Source of the DNA: an uncultured Methanoregulaceae archaeon
Lineage (GTDB): Archaea > Halobacteriota > Methanomicrobia > Methanomicrobiales > Methanospirillaceae
Length of the DNA stretch: 64,000 nt
NCBI GenBank assembly: GCA_963701095.1
Contig: OY969564.1
Coordinates: 416,001-480,000 of the forward strand
Direction: 5' to 3'
Shown here: one piece after another, positions 19,543-30,896 of the stretch
How positions within the stretch are numbered: position 1 is the stretch's first letter
Layout: every line of letters starts with the position of its first letter
Notes under the pieces: generated by a model
Seen by the model: only the letters and a program-made list of their open reading frames with translations
Told to the model about the DNA's origin: nothing
Databases searched by the model: none
Translations under genes and position numbers: made by a program

Positions 19543-19709
19543 TTTTTTTTGAAAATTTCTATTTCTTGTTTTAAAAAGAATAAAATTATCATAAGAGATT
19601 CTGTGAGAATTAATCTTACATTTAAGCCATTTCATTCCACGGTCTATGGGAATTCTTCATCTCAATGAACCTAAAAAATCCTGAAATAAATTAAAATATT
19701 TTATCACCC

Positions 19710-19743
19710 TTCAAATTTTGTAACATCGGAATTAATTATTATA
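19710..19743 (+). promoter_or_regulatory. Shared upstream element plus TATA-like box (site B)
   Basis: TTCAAATTTTGTAA-N12-TTATTATA. Confidence 0.55.
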
Positions 19744-19885
19744 GTATTTCCGCCATATAACGACCTGCTCTGGTGTGGTAATTTTACCAGATGATGTTTT
19801 ATTACAATAAAAAATGTCATCAGGAAACAAAGAACAGGGCTTCAAAAAATGAGAAACGAATCTCAGCGAAAAGGGGGAATTTTAC

Positions 19886-20524
19886 ATGGATGATATAAAT
19901 TCAGGGAATGATGAAAAGGGCCGGGAACTGGCCCGGGAAACGGGAAAAAGGGAGGAACAGGATGCGCAACGCCAGCGTGAAATGGCGACAGAAAAAGGAC
20001 GGAAACAGGGACTAGATGAGGAGCGCAACCGGGAAAAACAAGATAAACAAAAGGCCGGTTGGGGAACAGGGATGAAGATTGGTGTATTCATTATAGTTCT
20101 TGCCATTATAGTAATAATAGCAGCCTTTCTCACGGTATCGGTTCAAGTAACTAATGTCTCTCCCGGTGATGTGTTACCCTATACTTCGAGTTACGGTACT
20201 TCATTTCCTGAAGGTCAGACAATCCAGATCGGAAACACACAGATCAGTGCAATCTCTTATGGGAATTCAGTCACCACGGATGTGAATGGAAATCAGCAGC
20301 AACTTCAGGTAGGTCAGACCCAGGACGTATCAGAACAGCATGCAAGGATTACTACACTTGGTGTGATCACCCTTATGAATACCAACTTCCAGATTGACCT
20401 TACCTACAAAGGTGAACGAGATAACCGGGCATATTTTGATATAGCCATTAATACCGGAAGTCAGGTACCGTCTGAGCTTATCAGACTGTTGCTCCCATCT
20501 GAAATAGATGCAACACCCATATGA
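19886..20524 (+). CDS. Hypothetical single-pass membrane protein with a charged N-terminus
   Basis: ORF track; one TM helix and a beta-rich external part. Confidence 0.75.
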   Translation: MDDINSGNDEKGRELARETGKREEQDAQRQREMATEKGRKQGLDEERNREKQDKQKAGWGTGMKIGVFIIVLAIIVIIAAFLTVSVQVTNVSPGDVLPYTSSYGTSFPEGQTIQIGNTQISAISYGNSVTTDVNGNQQQLQVGQTQDVSEQHARITTLGVITLMNTNFQIDLTYKGERDNRAYFDIAINTGSQVPSELIRLLLPSEIDATPI

Positions 20525-20642
20525 GCATTGACATTCAATGAATTTTTTTTCAATCGCAGTTTTTGAAGCTCTGGTTTTATTTCCCATCTTGAAATTTTCT
20601 CTTTATCCGTGTGCAGAGGAAATAAAATAGAGTGTAAAAGCG

Positions 20643-21159
20643 ATGGATGAAAAAACCAAGAATGATCTTATGATTCTTGCGATCGGAGTCCTTATAGGTG
20701 GAGGTATTTACCTTGCTAATTCTCTTGTCCTCTATTACACTACGATGAATAAGGAGAAGAGTGACGTCGCCGATGGCCTTTATCTCGATATCTCATCTCT
20801 TAAGGATAATCTTGTCGCCACTGATTAAGAATTCCTCACGCACCCCAGTAACAATTTTATCTACGTCCAAACCCCCCCTCTACCCTTCCAATGGTCTGTA
20901 CTTCGCATATCTGCAGGAAATCCCAACGATGGATAGAAAGACCGCACAAGATACATTTACATTTTATAGTCACCTGATGGCTGCAGAGGATTATCGAAAC
21001 CAGATCTACGAGATCGAGCAGTTGGGTGATCAGAATCCTCTCACTTCGGCGGAACTTACATGGAAACGGATCCTGACCCGGGATGCCGCCGTCGAAATAA
21101 ACACGTCGGTAAATCTCCTGCCTAATCTGACAGAAGAGCTCGATGCCGCTGCGACTTGA
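20643..21159 (+). pseudogene. Hypothetical membrane protein interrupted by an in-frame TAA (20826-20828) and a poly-C frameshift (about 20871-20878)
   Basis: Reading through TAA gives ...LVATD*EFLTHPSNNFIYVQTP, which joins LYPSNGLYFAYLQ... if one C is removed from the C-run. Confidence 0.55.
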
Positions 21160-21404
21160 GATAATCGATTCGACATTTCTGGCTCGGTTCCGTTGTTGGA
21201 AAAGCCAAACTTACCCGAATCAGAGATCCGTAATAAGTGATATCTCAAAAATCCGGTTCTTCTGACTTCCATAACAGTATCCAAGACCCAACATTTCCGA
21301 AAAGATATGATATTATCTTGTATTAACGCCAGATTCAGGAAATATATCCGTTAACCAACGATTTGTTTTAGTCCAAAAAAGGCAGTTTTTCCCGGATTCC
21401 GGGT

Positions 21405-22839
21405 TCAATCACCCTGATCTTCGGGAATGGCCCATGAAGGTTTTTTGAATTTCATAAAGACCAGCGGCGGTACTGCAAGGAGGAATGTCCCGAGGAGGTA
21501 CTGCACCGACATAGATCGGGATGTTTGTGAAAAATGACGGAGGAATAAGTCCTACAATAAATGCAAATACGACACCGAACCCTCCAATACCCCCAACAAT
21601 CCAGATCCCCGTCATACCGCCGGGGATCTTAAACGGGCGTGGCTGATCCGGTTTACTGTACCGGAGCTTGATGAGGGCCGCAAAAATCAGCACGTACATG
21701 ATGCAGAGCAGTTCTGTCGTCATTGCCGACATGATCCAGTATGCCTGGTTGACAGATGGCAAGATAATATACAGGAGAGAGATTGCAGAACCGATGAGAG
21801 CTTGGGTGACAAGTATTGCAACTGGCGACCCGTACTTGTTATGACGGTTGAAAACCTGTGGCATATTCCCGTCTAAGGCCACAACTCCGAGGCCTTTTGC
21901 AGGACCGATGAGCCAGGCTGCGAGGAGCACCACTCCGCCAAGCGTCAGGAGGATTGCCATAGGTGCCACAAGCCACGTGAGATTAACTGCTCCAAGGAAG
22001 TACTGGATGGCCTGCATGGTACCGGATGCGAGACCGAGCTGCGTTGTGGGGATGACAAATGCTATCGCGAGTGTCCCGAAAACCGAACAAAGAAAAATAA
22101 TAACTGCCGATAATGCCATCGCTTTTGGATAATCTTTCTGCGGATTCCGGGTCTCAAGCGCATGGAACCCGGCCATCTCCATTCCCGCAAACATAAGAAT
22201 GATCGTAGAGAAAAATGGCACCGTTGTTAAGTTTATTTCCGGGAGCATTGCCCCCAAAGAGAATACGGGAAGTACTATTGCGGCGCCGGTAATGACCCAC
22301 CAGAGGCCGAATAGAATGATAAGAACTGTCGGGAAAATACTCCCTGCCACAACGCCGAAATTGGAAAATTTTGAGGTTACATCAGGCCCGAAATATGCGA
22401 TTGCAGTCGTACCCCAGAATACGATCATCATCACACTGAGCATATAGACCGGATTATTTGCAAGATCCGGGGTAAGAGCAAAGGCAAGGGTCGAGGCAAT
22501 GAAGGCAAGTACAGTGGGAAACCAGACAAGGTTGTTGGACCAATCGCAGAAGATCGCTATAAAACCTCCTTTTTCCCCAAAGGCCTGTTTCACCCATGCA
22601 TAGACACCACCGCCTTCGGGCCATCCGGTGGCGAGTTCTGCACCGGCAAGCGATATAGGGACGAGAAATAATATTGTTCCTATGACGTACCACCCTACAC
22701 TCGACCATCCGAACTCTGCCATGGAGGGAAAATTCCTGATACTCAACACCGCGGCGACGTTAATCATCGCGAGGGCAAAGACGCCCAGTATTTTCATATT
22801 AACAGGTTTTTTTGTTTTTGCAACGTTATCTTCGGTCAT
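21405..22839 (-). CDS. APC-family amino acid/amine antiporter (GadC-like); apparent +1 frameshift at about 21497
   Basis: About 12 TM helices, ELAT.WP..GGVY.WV and F.GME motifs. Removing one base restores ...GAVLLGTFLLAVPPLVFMKFKKPSWAIPEDQGD*. Confidence 0.88.
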
Positions 22840-25142
22840 GATTTCTCCTTGATACAGAAAATCCTATACTCTCCATTCACGTATTCGACACCGTGAGTGT
22901 CATGGGTAAAACCGGGGAACCGTGCATCGAAATTCTGGAGTGCGAGCAGGTACTGGAGTACCGGTTCATCAGCTCTGCCCGTCCGTTCTCCCGGAAGGAG
23001 TAAAGGAATACCCGGGGGATAGGGGACAATACCGGTTGCGACGATCTTGTCTCCCATCTTTGCTACTGGCACCTGTTCAACTTCACCTTTCACGAGGTGT
23101 TTGTATGCTTCGGCAAATGTGATGGCCGGTTGTGGAAGAAGACCGTATGCTTTTTCAAGCAAAATTCCCTGCCCGTTTTCCCGCATGAAGCCATGCATAT
23201 CAGCTACGAGATCCTGGAGGGTCATTTTCCCGTACCGGTCCGGGTATTGTGTTGTAAGGTCGGGGAATATCTCGTCAAGCGGAGAATTCTCGTCATAATG
23301 GCGCTTGAACTCAAAGAGTTCAGATACGAGAGTCCCCCACTTTCCTTTGGTAACTCCCATCGAGAAAAGAAACAGGATGATATAATCCCCGGATTTCTCA
23401 TTGATGATACCACGGGTATCAAGGAATTTTACAACAATTGCTGCCGGGATCCCCCATGCCTCGAGAGATCCGTCGGGCGCCACCCCAGGAGTAACGACAG
23501 TAACTTTGATAGGATCAAGCATGCAGTACCCGTCTTCAAGCCCCGAAAAACCATGCCATGCATCGTTCGGGTGCAGGACCCAGCAGGAAGGGTCGTCGCG
23601 TAGCAGATCATGATGAGCATCGGCAAAAGGAACTGTCTTTCCTGTTTTGGGATCGGTAACGGTATCTGGCTGCCACATGTCAAACCACCAGTCTTTTGAC
23701 CCCTTTTCTTTTTCGAGTTCACGGGAAATCCTTGCCATTATTACGCGGAACCGGATTGCCTCGTCAATGCATTCCGTTGTCAGAATTAAACCCGAGGGGC
23801 CATCCATCATCTTTGAGGAGACGTCGAGTGAAGCGATAATGGGGTAAAAGGGTGAGGTCGAAGTGTGCATCATAAATGCTTCGTTAAACCGTTCGTGCTC
23901 CACGGGGGATCTTCCGTTCCGCACATGGACCATAGATGCCTGAGAGAGTGCCGCGAGGAGTTTGTGTGTTGACTGTGTTGCAAATACCGTGGGACTATTG
24001 GAGTTTTTTATTTCCTTTCGCATGGCGAAACGCTCCCGGTACAGGGGATTAAACCGGGCATATGCAAACCAGGCCTCATCATAATGAATACGATCAACAA
24101 TCCTACCAAGTAACTCTTCAACCCGGGTGGCTCGATAACAAAGACCATCATACGTCGAATTCGTTACAACTGCTAGTGTGGGATTTGGCTTATTTACCGC
24201 CCGGGTCAACGGGCATGCTTTAATTTTTGCTGTTACTGTATCTGGCAGCATCTCGTTCGGGTGAATAGGACCGATGATCCCAAACCTATTCCGTGTCGGA
24301 ATCAAGTATACCGGGATTGAATGCGTCATAGTGACCGCATGCTCTACCGATTTGTGACAGTTTCGATCTATGAGAACAATATCACCATCGGTAACACAAC
24401 CCATGAAGACTACCTTATTTGCTGTGGAGGTTCCGTTGGTCACGAAGTACGTCCTGTCTGCCCCGAACACTTTTGCAGCATACTTCTCTGCTTCACCAAT
24501 AGGTCCTGAGTGATCGAGGAGAGAGCCCAATTCGCTTACCGAAATGGAGAGATCAGACCTTAGCAGATGTTCTCCGAAAAAATTGTAAAATGCCCGCCCG
24601 GCTGCCGATTTGCGGAATGCGGTTCCACCGGCATGGCCTGGAGTATGCCATGAATATTCAAAATCCTCTGAGAAGGTAGCGAGAGAGCCAAAAAATGGCG
24701 GGAGAAGGTGGGCACGGTAACGCCTGGAGGCTGCCCGTATCCGTCCAGCAATAAACTCCGGTGAATCTTCCATTACCCAGACATATTCACTGACCTCACG
24801 GATCATGTCTAAAGTGAGGGTCGTGGGAGATTCTTTCGTGGGTTCCCCCATCAGGAAGATAGGGATCTCCTCGTTCCTCTTCCGGATCGCATTTATGAGT
24901 GCCACAGTCGCATTATGGCGATGTGGCGTATCTCCGCCAAGGTTCCAGTTGATGAATACGCTATCAGATTCAGGAAGGCTGGCAAGAGCACCACTTGCAT
25001 TATCGACTAATCCAACATCGATGATATGAATGCCGAAATCTGTTAATCCATCCATGATCCGCCGGATCGCGTTTCCTGCTGGGGTATCCGTCTTATGGAT
25101 ATCATCAATGAGGGAAACGGTCAGGATTTCTTCGGCGTTCAT
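22836..25142 (-). CDS. PLP-dependent Orn/Lys/Arg decarboxylase with N-terminal wing domain (AdiA/CadA type)
   Basis: WHTPGH.GG, VTNGTST.NK, DRNCHKS, HYDEAW, QSTHKLL (PLP lysine), LDPIKVT and YPPGIP motifs. Confidence 0.95.
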   Translation of the reverse strand: MNAEEILTVSLIDDIHKTDTPAGNAIRRIMDGLTDFGIHIIDVGLVDNASGALASLPESDSVFINWNLGGDTPHRHNATVALINAIRKRNEEIPIFLMGEPTKESPTTLTLDMIREVSEYVWVMEDSPEFIAGRIRAASRRYRAHLLPPFFGSLATFSEDFEYSWHTPGHAGGTAFRKSAAGRAFYNFFGEHLLRSDLSISVSELGSLLDHSGPIGEAEKYAAKVFGADRTYFVTNGTSTANKVVFMGCVTDGDIVLIDRNCHKSVEHAVTMTHSIPVYLIPTRNRFGIIGPIHPNEMLPDTVTAKIKACPLTRAVNKPNPTLAVVTNSTYDGLCYRATRVEELLGRIVDRIHYDEAWFAYARFNPLYRERFAMRKEIKNSNSPTVFATQSTHKLLAALSQASMVHVRNGRSPVEHERFNEAFMMHTSTSPFYPIIASLDVSSKMMDGPSGLILTTECIDEAIRFRVIMARISRELEKEKGSKDWWFDMWQPDTVTDPKTGKTVPFADAHHDLLRDDPSCWVLHPNDAWHGFSGLEDGYCMLDPIKVTVVTPGVAPDGSLEAWGIPAAIVVKFLDTRGIINEKSGDYIILFLFSMGVTKGKWGTLVSELFEFKRHYDENSPLDEIFPDLTTQYPDRYGKMTLQDLVADMHGFMRENGQGILLEKAYGLLPQPAITFAEAYKHLVKGEVEQVPVAKMGDKIVATGIVPYPPGIPLLLPGERTGRADEPVLQYLLALQNFDARFPGFTHDTHGVEYVNGEYRIFCIKEKS

Positions 25143-25357
25143 AATCCACTCCTCGTGTAGATGGCAAAAAACCTTGTATCTTGTAAAATATCGAAATGGA
25201 AAATGAAGAAACCTGTTTTTTCCAGATCTTCGGATATCCGGATCTTCACATAATCAGCGGTGACAATTCCTGCAATTATCATCCAATTTACAGGCCCATT
25301 CAAAATGGTTACGCGTTGTCTCTTTTGGATCATTTGTTTTAAACGCAATTTATTCAA
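25139..25357 (-). CDS. Small leader/hypothetical ORF coupled to the decarboxylase
   Basis: TTG start near a GGGAG RBS; ATGA overlap with the decarboxylase start. Confidence 0.3.
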   Translation of the reverse strand: MNKLRLKQMIQKRQRVTILNGPVNWMIIAGIVTADYVKIRISEDLEKTGFFIFHFDILQDTRFFAIYTRSGL

Positions 25358-25446
25358 CTCCCTTCCCCGATTGTATTTTTTCGAAAACTCTTAAAAATAT
25401 CAAAAATCTCCGTCATTCTAATTATGGATTGCATATATCCGGTGAT

Positions 25447-25481
25447 TATTTATACCGTTCCGGTTATTACAAAATCTGCAA
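25447..25481 (-). promoter_or_regulatory. Shared upstream element plus TATA box (site C)
   Basis: Minus strand TTGCAGATTTTGTAA-N12-TATAAATA. Confidence 0.65.
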
Positions 25482-25565
25482 TAATTCAAGAAAAAAAGCC
25501 AGGTATTCTGAACCCGAAGGCAACGTTTCTCAAACAAAAATGAATTTCCACTTAGAATACTCGTA

Positions 25566-25946
25566 TTAATCGGAGAGGTATTTTTCGGCGTATTTCTGGA
25601 GATAAGTCGTAATATAAGGCGTCACTATCGGAATAATAACCGGGATCATTTCACGGATAAGATCCGTATTATTCGTATCCTTCTGCCGGGTGACGCGAGA
25701 TCTTTGTTGTGCTTCCTTTGTCGGAGCACGTGATGTCATCAGTTGGAATATCCCGTAAACGGCTATTCCGGCAACCACTGCTGTGGCAGCTGTGGCAATT
25801 GGGTGATCGCGTACCGTTTTTCCCACAGTTTTGCAAACACTAAATGGATTCTGGATTACGGATTGTTTCAGCTCACTGTAAGATTGAGCAATCAACGATT
25901 CAGTGACAAGGAGATCTTCTTTTGTAATACGCCTATTGCTTTCCAT
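25566..25946 (-). CDS. Hypothetical membrane-anchored protein (third gene of the ElaB/YqjD-like triad)
   Basis: VRDHPIATAATAVVAGIAVY motif; overlaps the upstream gene. Confidence 0.7.
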   Translation of the reverse strand: MESNRRITKEDLLVTESLIAQSYSELKQSVIQNPFSVCKTVGKTVRDHPIATAATAVVAGIAVYGIFQLMTSRAPTKEAQQRSRVTRQKDTNNTDLIREMIPVIIPIVTPYITTYLQKYAEKYLSD

Positions 25947-26307
25947 TTTTTATCATATCCTTCGCAAGGGGAGTGTTCAGAACGATTTTGTTCGATAGGA
26001 CCAGATGTGCCGCTACAGTTCCTACTCCACACATGATAGCTCCCGTGATGAGGAGGGCCGCCCAAAGAGGAACTAATGTAGCGATAAAAAGGATAATACC
26101 TACAACCAAGATTATGATTCCAGCTACCAGTGAGGTGAGAATGACCGATAAATACATTAACTGTTTAAAAAGGAAGTTCACAGGTTCAAACACATAGTCC
26201 TGCAGAAACAAATCTGTTTTTTGCCGCAGGTAGAGATCTATATATTTGATTATCCTGACGAACTGTAATTCTATCGTATCTCCTTCGGTTTCGGCAGCTG
26301 AACCCAT
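25933..26307 (-). CDS. Two-TM membrane protein, YqjE/holin-X-like
   Basis: Long hydrophobic hairpin with VPLWAALLITG; lies downstream of the ElaB-like gene. Confidence 0.7.
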   Translation of the reverse strand: MGSAAETEGDTIELQFVRIIKYIDLYLRQKTDLFLQDYVFEPVNFLFKQLMYLSVILTSLVAGIIILVVGIILFIATLVPLWAALLITGAIMCGVGTVAAHLVLSNKIVLNTPLAKDMIKNGKQ

Positions 26308-26318
26308 AGAAACCTTCG

Positions 26319-26627
26319 TTAATCTCGTGATTTGAAGATGATCATGCCAAGGAGAATACCTATTCCTGCTGCAACTAACACCGCAGGTATTGGATGATCA
26401 CATATAACATGTTCTACAGGTTCCACGTGTTTGTGATATGACGTTTCCATATTATGATAGCCGTGGCCAACATCTGCCTTAAACTGGTTTACCCGGTCCT
26501 CGACATCCTGCAGGATGGCCCTTACATCCTCTCCTCTCGCCGATACATCAGCTATCCGCAGCTTGCGGGCAGCCTCTTCCAGAGCTTCAGCCGTCTGGTT
26601 TTTTAATTCTACAGTATCATGTGCCAT
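26319..26627 (-). CDS. ElaB/YqjD/DUF883-like tail-anchored protein
   Basis: Helical charged N-terminus and C-terminal I.DHP..AVLVAAGIGILLG...K.R tail anchor. Confidence 0.8.
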   Translation of the reverse strand: MAHDTVELKNQTAEALEEAARKLRIADVSARGEDVRAILQDVEDRVNQFKADVGHGYHNMETSYHKHVEPVEHVICDHPIPAVLVAAGIGILLGMIIFKSRD

Positions 26628-26762
26628 AGTTATACACCTTCACCTGGAGTTTGCATCATTTTCATGAACATTTTTTTCAACTCCCTTCCCCGATATGGTT
26701 TTGAAGTGATTAGCATTCGCTTTTTTATCCATACCAGAGTTATCGTCCTTATAGTTGGAAAG

Positions 26763-26796
26763 AGTATAAGGATTACCTGACGTTGCAAAATCTGAA
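26763..26796 (-). promoter_or_regulatory. Shared upstream element plus TATA-like box (site D)
   Basis: Minus strand TTCAGATTTTGCAA-N12-CTTATACT. Confidence 0.65.
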
Positions 26797-26968
26797 TCGA
26801 TCAGAATTTCCGTTCAGGTAAGAAATATTATAAATTTATTCATTCCGCAGATCTGTTGAAAAAATATCAGTTCTGCATTTATGTATTATATGATAATTTT
26901 GAATTTTCATTCAAGGATCCGACATGCTACTAGTTGAAACATTTGAAAGGTATCGAAAAAAAATTGGA

Positions 26969-28099
26969 TTATTTGCTCTTTTTGTGTAGCATTACGACTG
27001 CGTAGCAAATACCAATTGAGGAGAGTATTGTAACTACTTCTATAGGGGATTTTGTGGGTAATGCGGTAGGAGATGACGATGATGTTGATGGTGTAAGTAT
27101 CCCCGACGTATCGACACTGCCGCCTGAAGGAACGTTCTTCGATACCTGCCAGTCCTCGTACCCGGTCAACCTTAATAAAACTATGTGGGTTCCCTGCGGA
27201 ACGTTCGTTAGGGAAAGCGGTGTGACGCCTTTAAATACATTATCTAAATAAATGTAGGCACCTGCCGGATTTGATTCGACAGTGATCACGCCGTTTGTGA
27301 TCGGCGTCGGGCCTGGCGTTACAGGAACCATAGTAGTCTGAATAGTATATGTTGATCCTGCTGTAACCGTAGCAGTTGTTGTGTATGTCTGGTAATTCGC
27401 AAGAGTAATACTGACCGTATAGGATCCTGGGCTGAGCTGGGTTACGTAGAGTGGCGATGATGCCCCATTAAACCCTCCTACGGTAATACCCTCATAATTA
27501 CCATCGACGTACACCGCTCCTCCGAGAGGGGTTGTCGTGATCTGGAGATCACCATAACCTGATGCCTGAGTGTATGGACTCAGTGTTTCTATAAGGTTGG
27601 TGGTTTCGCCGCTTGCTATACTAATGGGAGCAGTGAAATCGAAATACCCGGCCTTTTTGAGAATCAAGGTATGTGTAGCTGGATTAAGGGCAATAGTCTG
27701 TGGTGTTGCACCATAATACACATTATCAATCCAGATATCCGCATTGGAAGGGCTGGAATCAAGGTTAAGAATCCCGGTCTGAGATGGGCTTGTGACGAGG
27801 TTTACGTTAATCGATGTAATTTCTCCGGCGTCAGGAGCGTAGACCGTTTGTGAGGATTGCGTATAGCCCGCCTGGTAGACTGTAAGGGAATGATAACTAT
27901 TTGCGTTCTCAACGAATGTAGCTGGGGTAGCCTGACAATACGATTGGTCAAGACATGCCAATGCGTTGGACGGAGTTGATGAAACCTGAAGAGACGATGT
28001 GCTTGGGGCTGCTGAAACTGGTACCATACAGATCGCTACAGCAAAACTGAGGATCGTAATAAGGAGCAACGATCGTGAGTTCTTAAATTTTAGAGGCAT
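26969..28099 (-). CDS. PEGA-domain surface protein
   Basis: Signal peptide; about four S.P.GA.IY.D..Y.G.TP PEGA repeats; KSP plus TM plus basic tail. Start may be 28123. Confidence 0.9.
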   Translation of the reverse strand: MPLKFKNSRSLLLITILSFAVAICMVPVSAAPSTSSLQVSSTPSNALACLDQSYCQATPATFVENANSYHSLTVYQAGYTQSSQTVYAPDAGEITSINVNLVTSPSQTGILNLDSSPSNADIWIDNVYYGATPQTIALNPATHTLILKKAGYFDFTAPISIASGETTNLIETLSPYTQASGYGDLQITTTPLGGAVYVDGNYEGITVGGFNGASSPLYVTQLSPGSYTVSITLANYQTYTTTATVTAGSTYTIQTTMVPVTPGPTPITNGVITVESNPAGAYIYLDNVFKGVTPLSLTNVPQGTHIVLLRLTGYEDWQVSKNVPSGGSVDTSGILTPSTSSSSPTALPTKSPIEVVTILSSIGICYAVVMLHKKSK

Positions 28100-28355
28100 G
28101 CAGGAGACTGATGTTAAAAGCATAATAATATATCCCGATTTTCTTTTTTTTGCAAATTGTCAAATCCATACTGACACATTTTAGTTTTATTTTTGGAAGA
28201 TGTCCTGGGAATCGGGCTATATGAACCATATTCATCCAATTACGATTCTATCGATTTTGGGATCTGCACATATCCTATATGAAATGTGTTATGGGGACAC
28301 TTTACCCGGATGAAACGCAATCAGAGAAATAATCAAAAATTGTATGTTTCAAAAA

Positions 28356-28389
28356 TTGCAAACTTGCAAAATATTTATTAAATTTATAC
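28356..28389 (+). promoter_or_regulatory. Shared upstream element plus TATA-like box (site E) before the kinase/REC-PadR operon
   Basis: TTGCAAACTTGCAA-N12-ATTTATAC. Confidence 0.55.
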
Positions 28390-28547
28390 TAGATCTTATG
28401 GCGTTCAGGAAAAAAAATACTTTTCAGATAATATCGAAATATGAAGATCGGTGGGAGTGAAATCTGTGAATAATCAGAGAAGAACCAGATTTCGGTTCGT
28501 AAAGTACCAAGGCACTTAAAAATTTAATCTCTGAATGTGGGGAAAAA

Positions 28548-30893
28548 ATGGTCGAAGGTAATTGGTCTAATGAAAAAATCCGATGGATGGAAAGTTTTCC
28601 TGATATGAACCCGAATCCAATTGTTGAAATGGATGCAAACGGGGCAATCACTTTTTTCAATTCAGCAACTCAAAAAACTCTGAATAATCTGGGATTTCCT
28701 GAAAATCCCGCAATATTTATTCCAGATGATAAAGTGGAAATATTACGCCTCCTTAAGGATAGTGCTGAATCACAGGTTTCCAGAGAAATTATCCTTAAAG
28801 ATGCGTGTTTTTCGGAAAATATTTTATTTTTCCGCGAGTTCCAGACGGTCAGAATTTATGTAGTAAACATTACCAAACAAAGAAAGGCAGAATGGGAATT
28901 AGTCAGAAAAAACGATGAAATCACTGTACTTAATGAAAGACTCACGAGACTCCATAATGAACTTGGTCTGATCTTAAAATACAACAAAAAGTGTGAAGAG
29001 GTACTGCACCACCGGGAGGAAACCTTCCGCCAGGCTCACGAGTTTTTAGAGACCGTAACAAAAGGGACCGGTGTGAATATCGCTATACAAGACGTGAATT
29101 TACGTTACTTGTTTTTTAATAACGAATACAAAAAAGAAATTAAGCGACTTACGGGAAAGAATCTCACTTTAGGCACCAGTATGGTAGAATTGTTCAGGGA
29201 AAAGCCGGAAGAGCAAAAGGAAGCCATGATCGAGTGGAGTAAGGTACTCCACGGTGAGAATATAAATAAAATACAAGAATATGGAGATCCTGGGAAGTCC
29301 CACAAAGTCTATCATGTAATTCATATCCCTATCAGGGATGCCAAAGAAAATATTATTGGCGCGGGTGAACTAGCTTACGATATAACTGAACAGGTTCAGA
29401 TTCAGGATAAACTTCGTGAAACGAAAGAATATTTTGATAACCTTATAACGTATGCTAACGCCCCTATTATTGTTTGGAACCCTGAACTCCGCGTTACTCT
29501 TTTCAACCATGCTTTTGAGCATCTAACCGGTCGAAAAGCAAAGGAAGTCATCGGAAAACCATTTTCCATTCTTTTCCCTGAGAACTATCTCGATACGGTG
29601 ACCGCTCTTATCCAAAAGACTCTGGAAGGAGAACGTTGGGAAAGTGTCGAAATCCCCGTTCTCCATAAGAATGGTAAGGTCAGGACAGTACTTTGGAACT
29701 CTGCCTCTATTTTTGGTAATGATGGAAAAACAATTGTTTCAACTATTGCACAAGGGCAGGATATCACTGATCGGAAAAAGATAGAATATGAGTATAAATT
29801 GCGAGCAATCGGATATGCAAAAATAAACGAGACGCTCCAGGAAGAGATCCTTCAACGGACGATATCAGATAAAACGCTAAAAAAAACTCTTTCTCTTCTC
29901 AATGCATCACTTGAATCAACGGCTGACGGAATCATCGTCGTCGATCTGAAGGGAAATATTACTAGTTATAACCAGAATTTTGTGAACATGTGGGACATCC
30001 CCCCAAGGTTATTGGAATCGAGGGAATGGAAGGGGGTAGTTAATCAAATAGTGACCCAACTTAAGAATCCTGATGAGTTTCAATCTAGCATCAAAGATCT
30101 TCAATCTTTCTCGGGACGTGAAAGCTTTGATATGATCGAATTTAAAGATGGAAAAATTTTTGAATGCTATTCAAAACCCCAGAAAATAGAAGATACGCTA
30201 GTCGGCAGAGTATGGAGCTTCCGGGACGTTACCGATCGCAGACAAGCAGAGGAAAAACTTTTATCTTCCATTCAGGAAAAGGAAATCCTGCTTCGAGAGA
30301 TTCAGCACCGCGTAAAGAATAATCTCGAGCTGATATCCAGTGTGCTTGATATGACACGGATGCGTACTCGTGATGAATTAACGAATGACCTACTTACCGA
30401 TATAATGCTTAAAATCCAGACCATTGCACAGTTTCATTCCCGCCTGTATGAAAGCGAGCAGCTGGGGAAATTCAATATAACCAGTCAATTCAGGGATCAG
30501 GTTAATTTACTATCGAATATTTATTTCAAACCGGGGCAGGAAATTAATTGTGAAATTAATTCTCCGGACATATTTCTCACACTCGACCAAGCGTTACCTT
30601 GTGCACTTATAGTCAATGAAATACTCTCAAATGCCTATAAACATGCCTTTACTGGGAGAAAACAAGGAGTGATTGAAATTTCCGGATCTCAGGAGGATGG
30701 GCAAAACCACCTTACTTTCCGGGATAATGGTATTGGAATACCGGATACGGTGAATTTAGATCGTTCTACCAGCCTTGGACTTAAGCTGATCAGGACACTC
30801 GTGCAACACCAGCTGAGAGGCTCTTTAAAGATAAACATCCAAGGCGGAACTGAAATTTCGGTAGAATTCCCTTTCATTCAAGGCGGGACATGA
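28548..30893 (+). CDS. Multi-PAS histidine kinase, HisKA_2 type
   Basis: H-box [28 protein letters not shown] and SLGLKLI motifs; four PAS-like domains; no TM. Confidence 0.92.
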   Translation: MVEGNWSNEKIRWMESFPDMNPNPIVEMDANGAITFFNSATQKTLNNLGFPENPAIFIPDDKVEILRLLKDSAESQVSREIILKDACFSENILFFREFQTVRIYVVNITKQRKAEWELVRKNDEITVLNERLTRLHNELGLILKYNKKCEEVLHHREETFRQAHEFLETVTKGTGVNIAIQDVNLRYLFFNNEYKKEIKRLTGKNLTLGTSMVELFREKPEEQKEAMIEWSKVLHGENINKIQEYGDPGKSHKVYHVIHIPIRDAKENIIGAGELAYDITEQVQIQDKLRETKEYFDNLITYANAPIIVWNPELRVTLFNHAFEHLTGRKAKEVIGKPFSILFPENYLDTVTALIQKTLEGERWESVEIPVLHKNGKVRTVLWNSASIFGNDGKTIVSTIAQGQDITDRKKIEYEYKLRAIGYAKINETLQEEILQRTISDKTLKKTLSLLNASLESTADGIIVVDLKGNITSYNQNFVNMWDIPPRLLESREWKGVVNQIVTQLKNPDEFQSSIKDLQSFSGRESFDMIEFKDGKIFECYSKPQKIEDTLVGRVWSFRDVTDRRQAEEKLLSSIQEKEILLREIQHRVKNNLELISSVLDMTRMRTRDELTNDLLTDIMLKIQTIAQFHSRLYESEQLGKFNITSQFRDQVNLLSNIYFKPGQEINCEINSPDIFLTLDQALPCALIVNEILSNAYKHAFTGRKQGVIEISGSQEDGQNHLTFRDNGIGIPDTVNLDRSTSLGLKLIRTLVQHQLRGSLKINIQGGTEISVEFPFIQGGT

Positions 30894-30896
30894 GTC

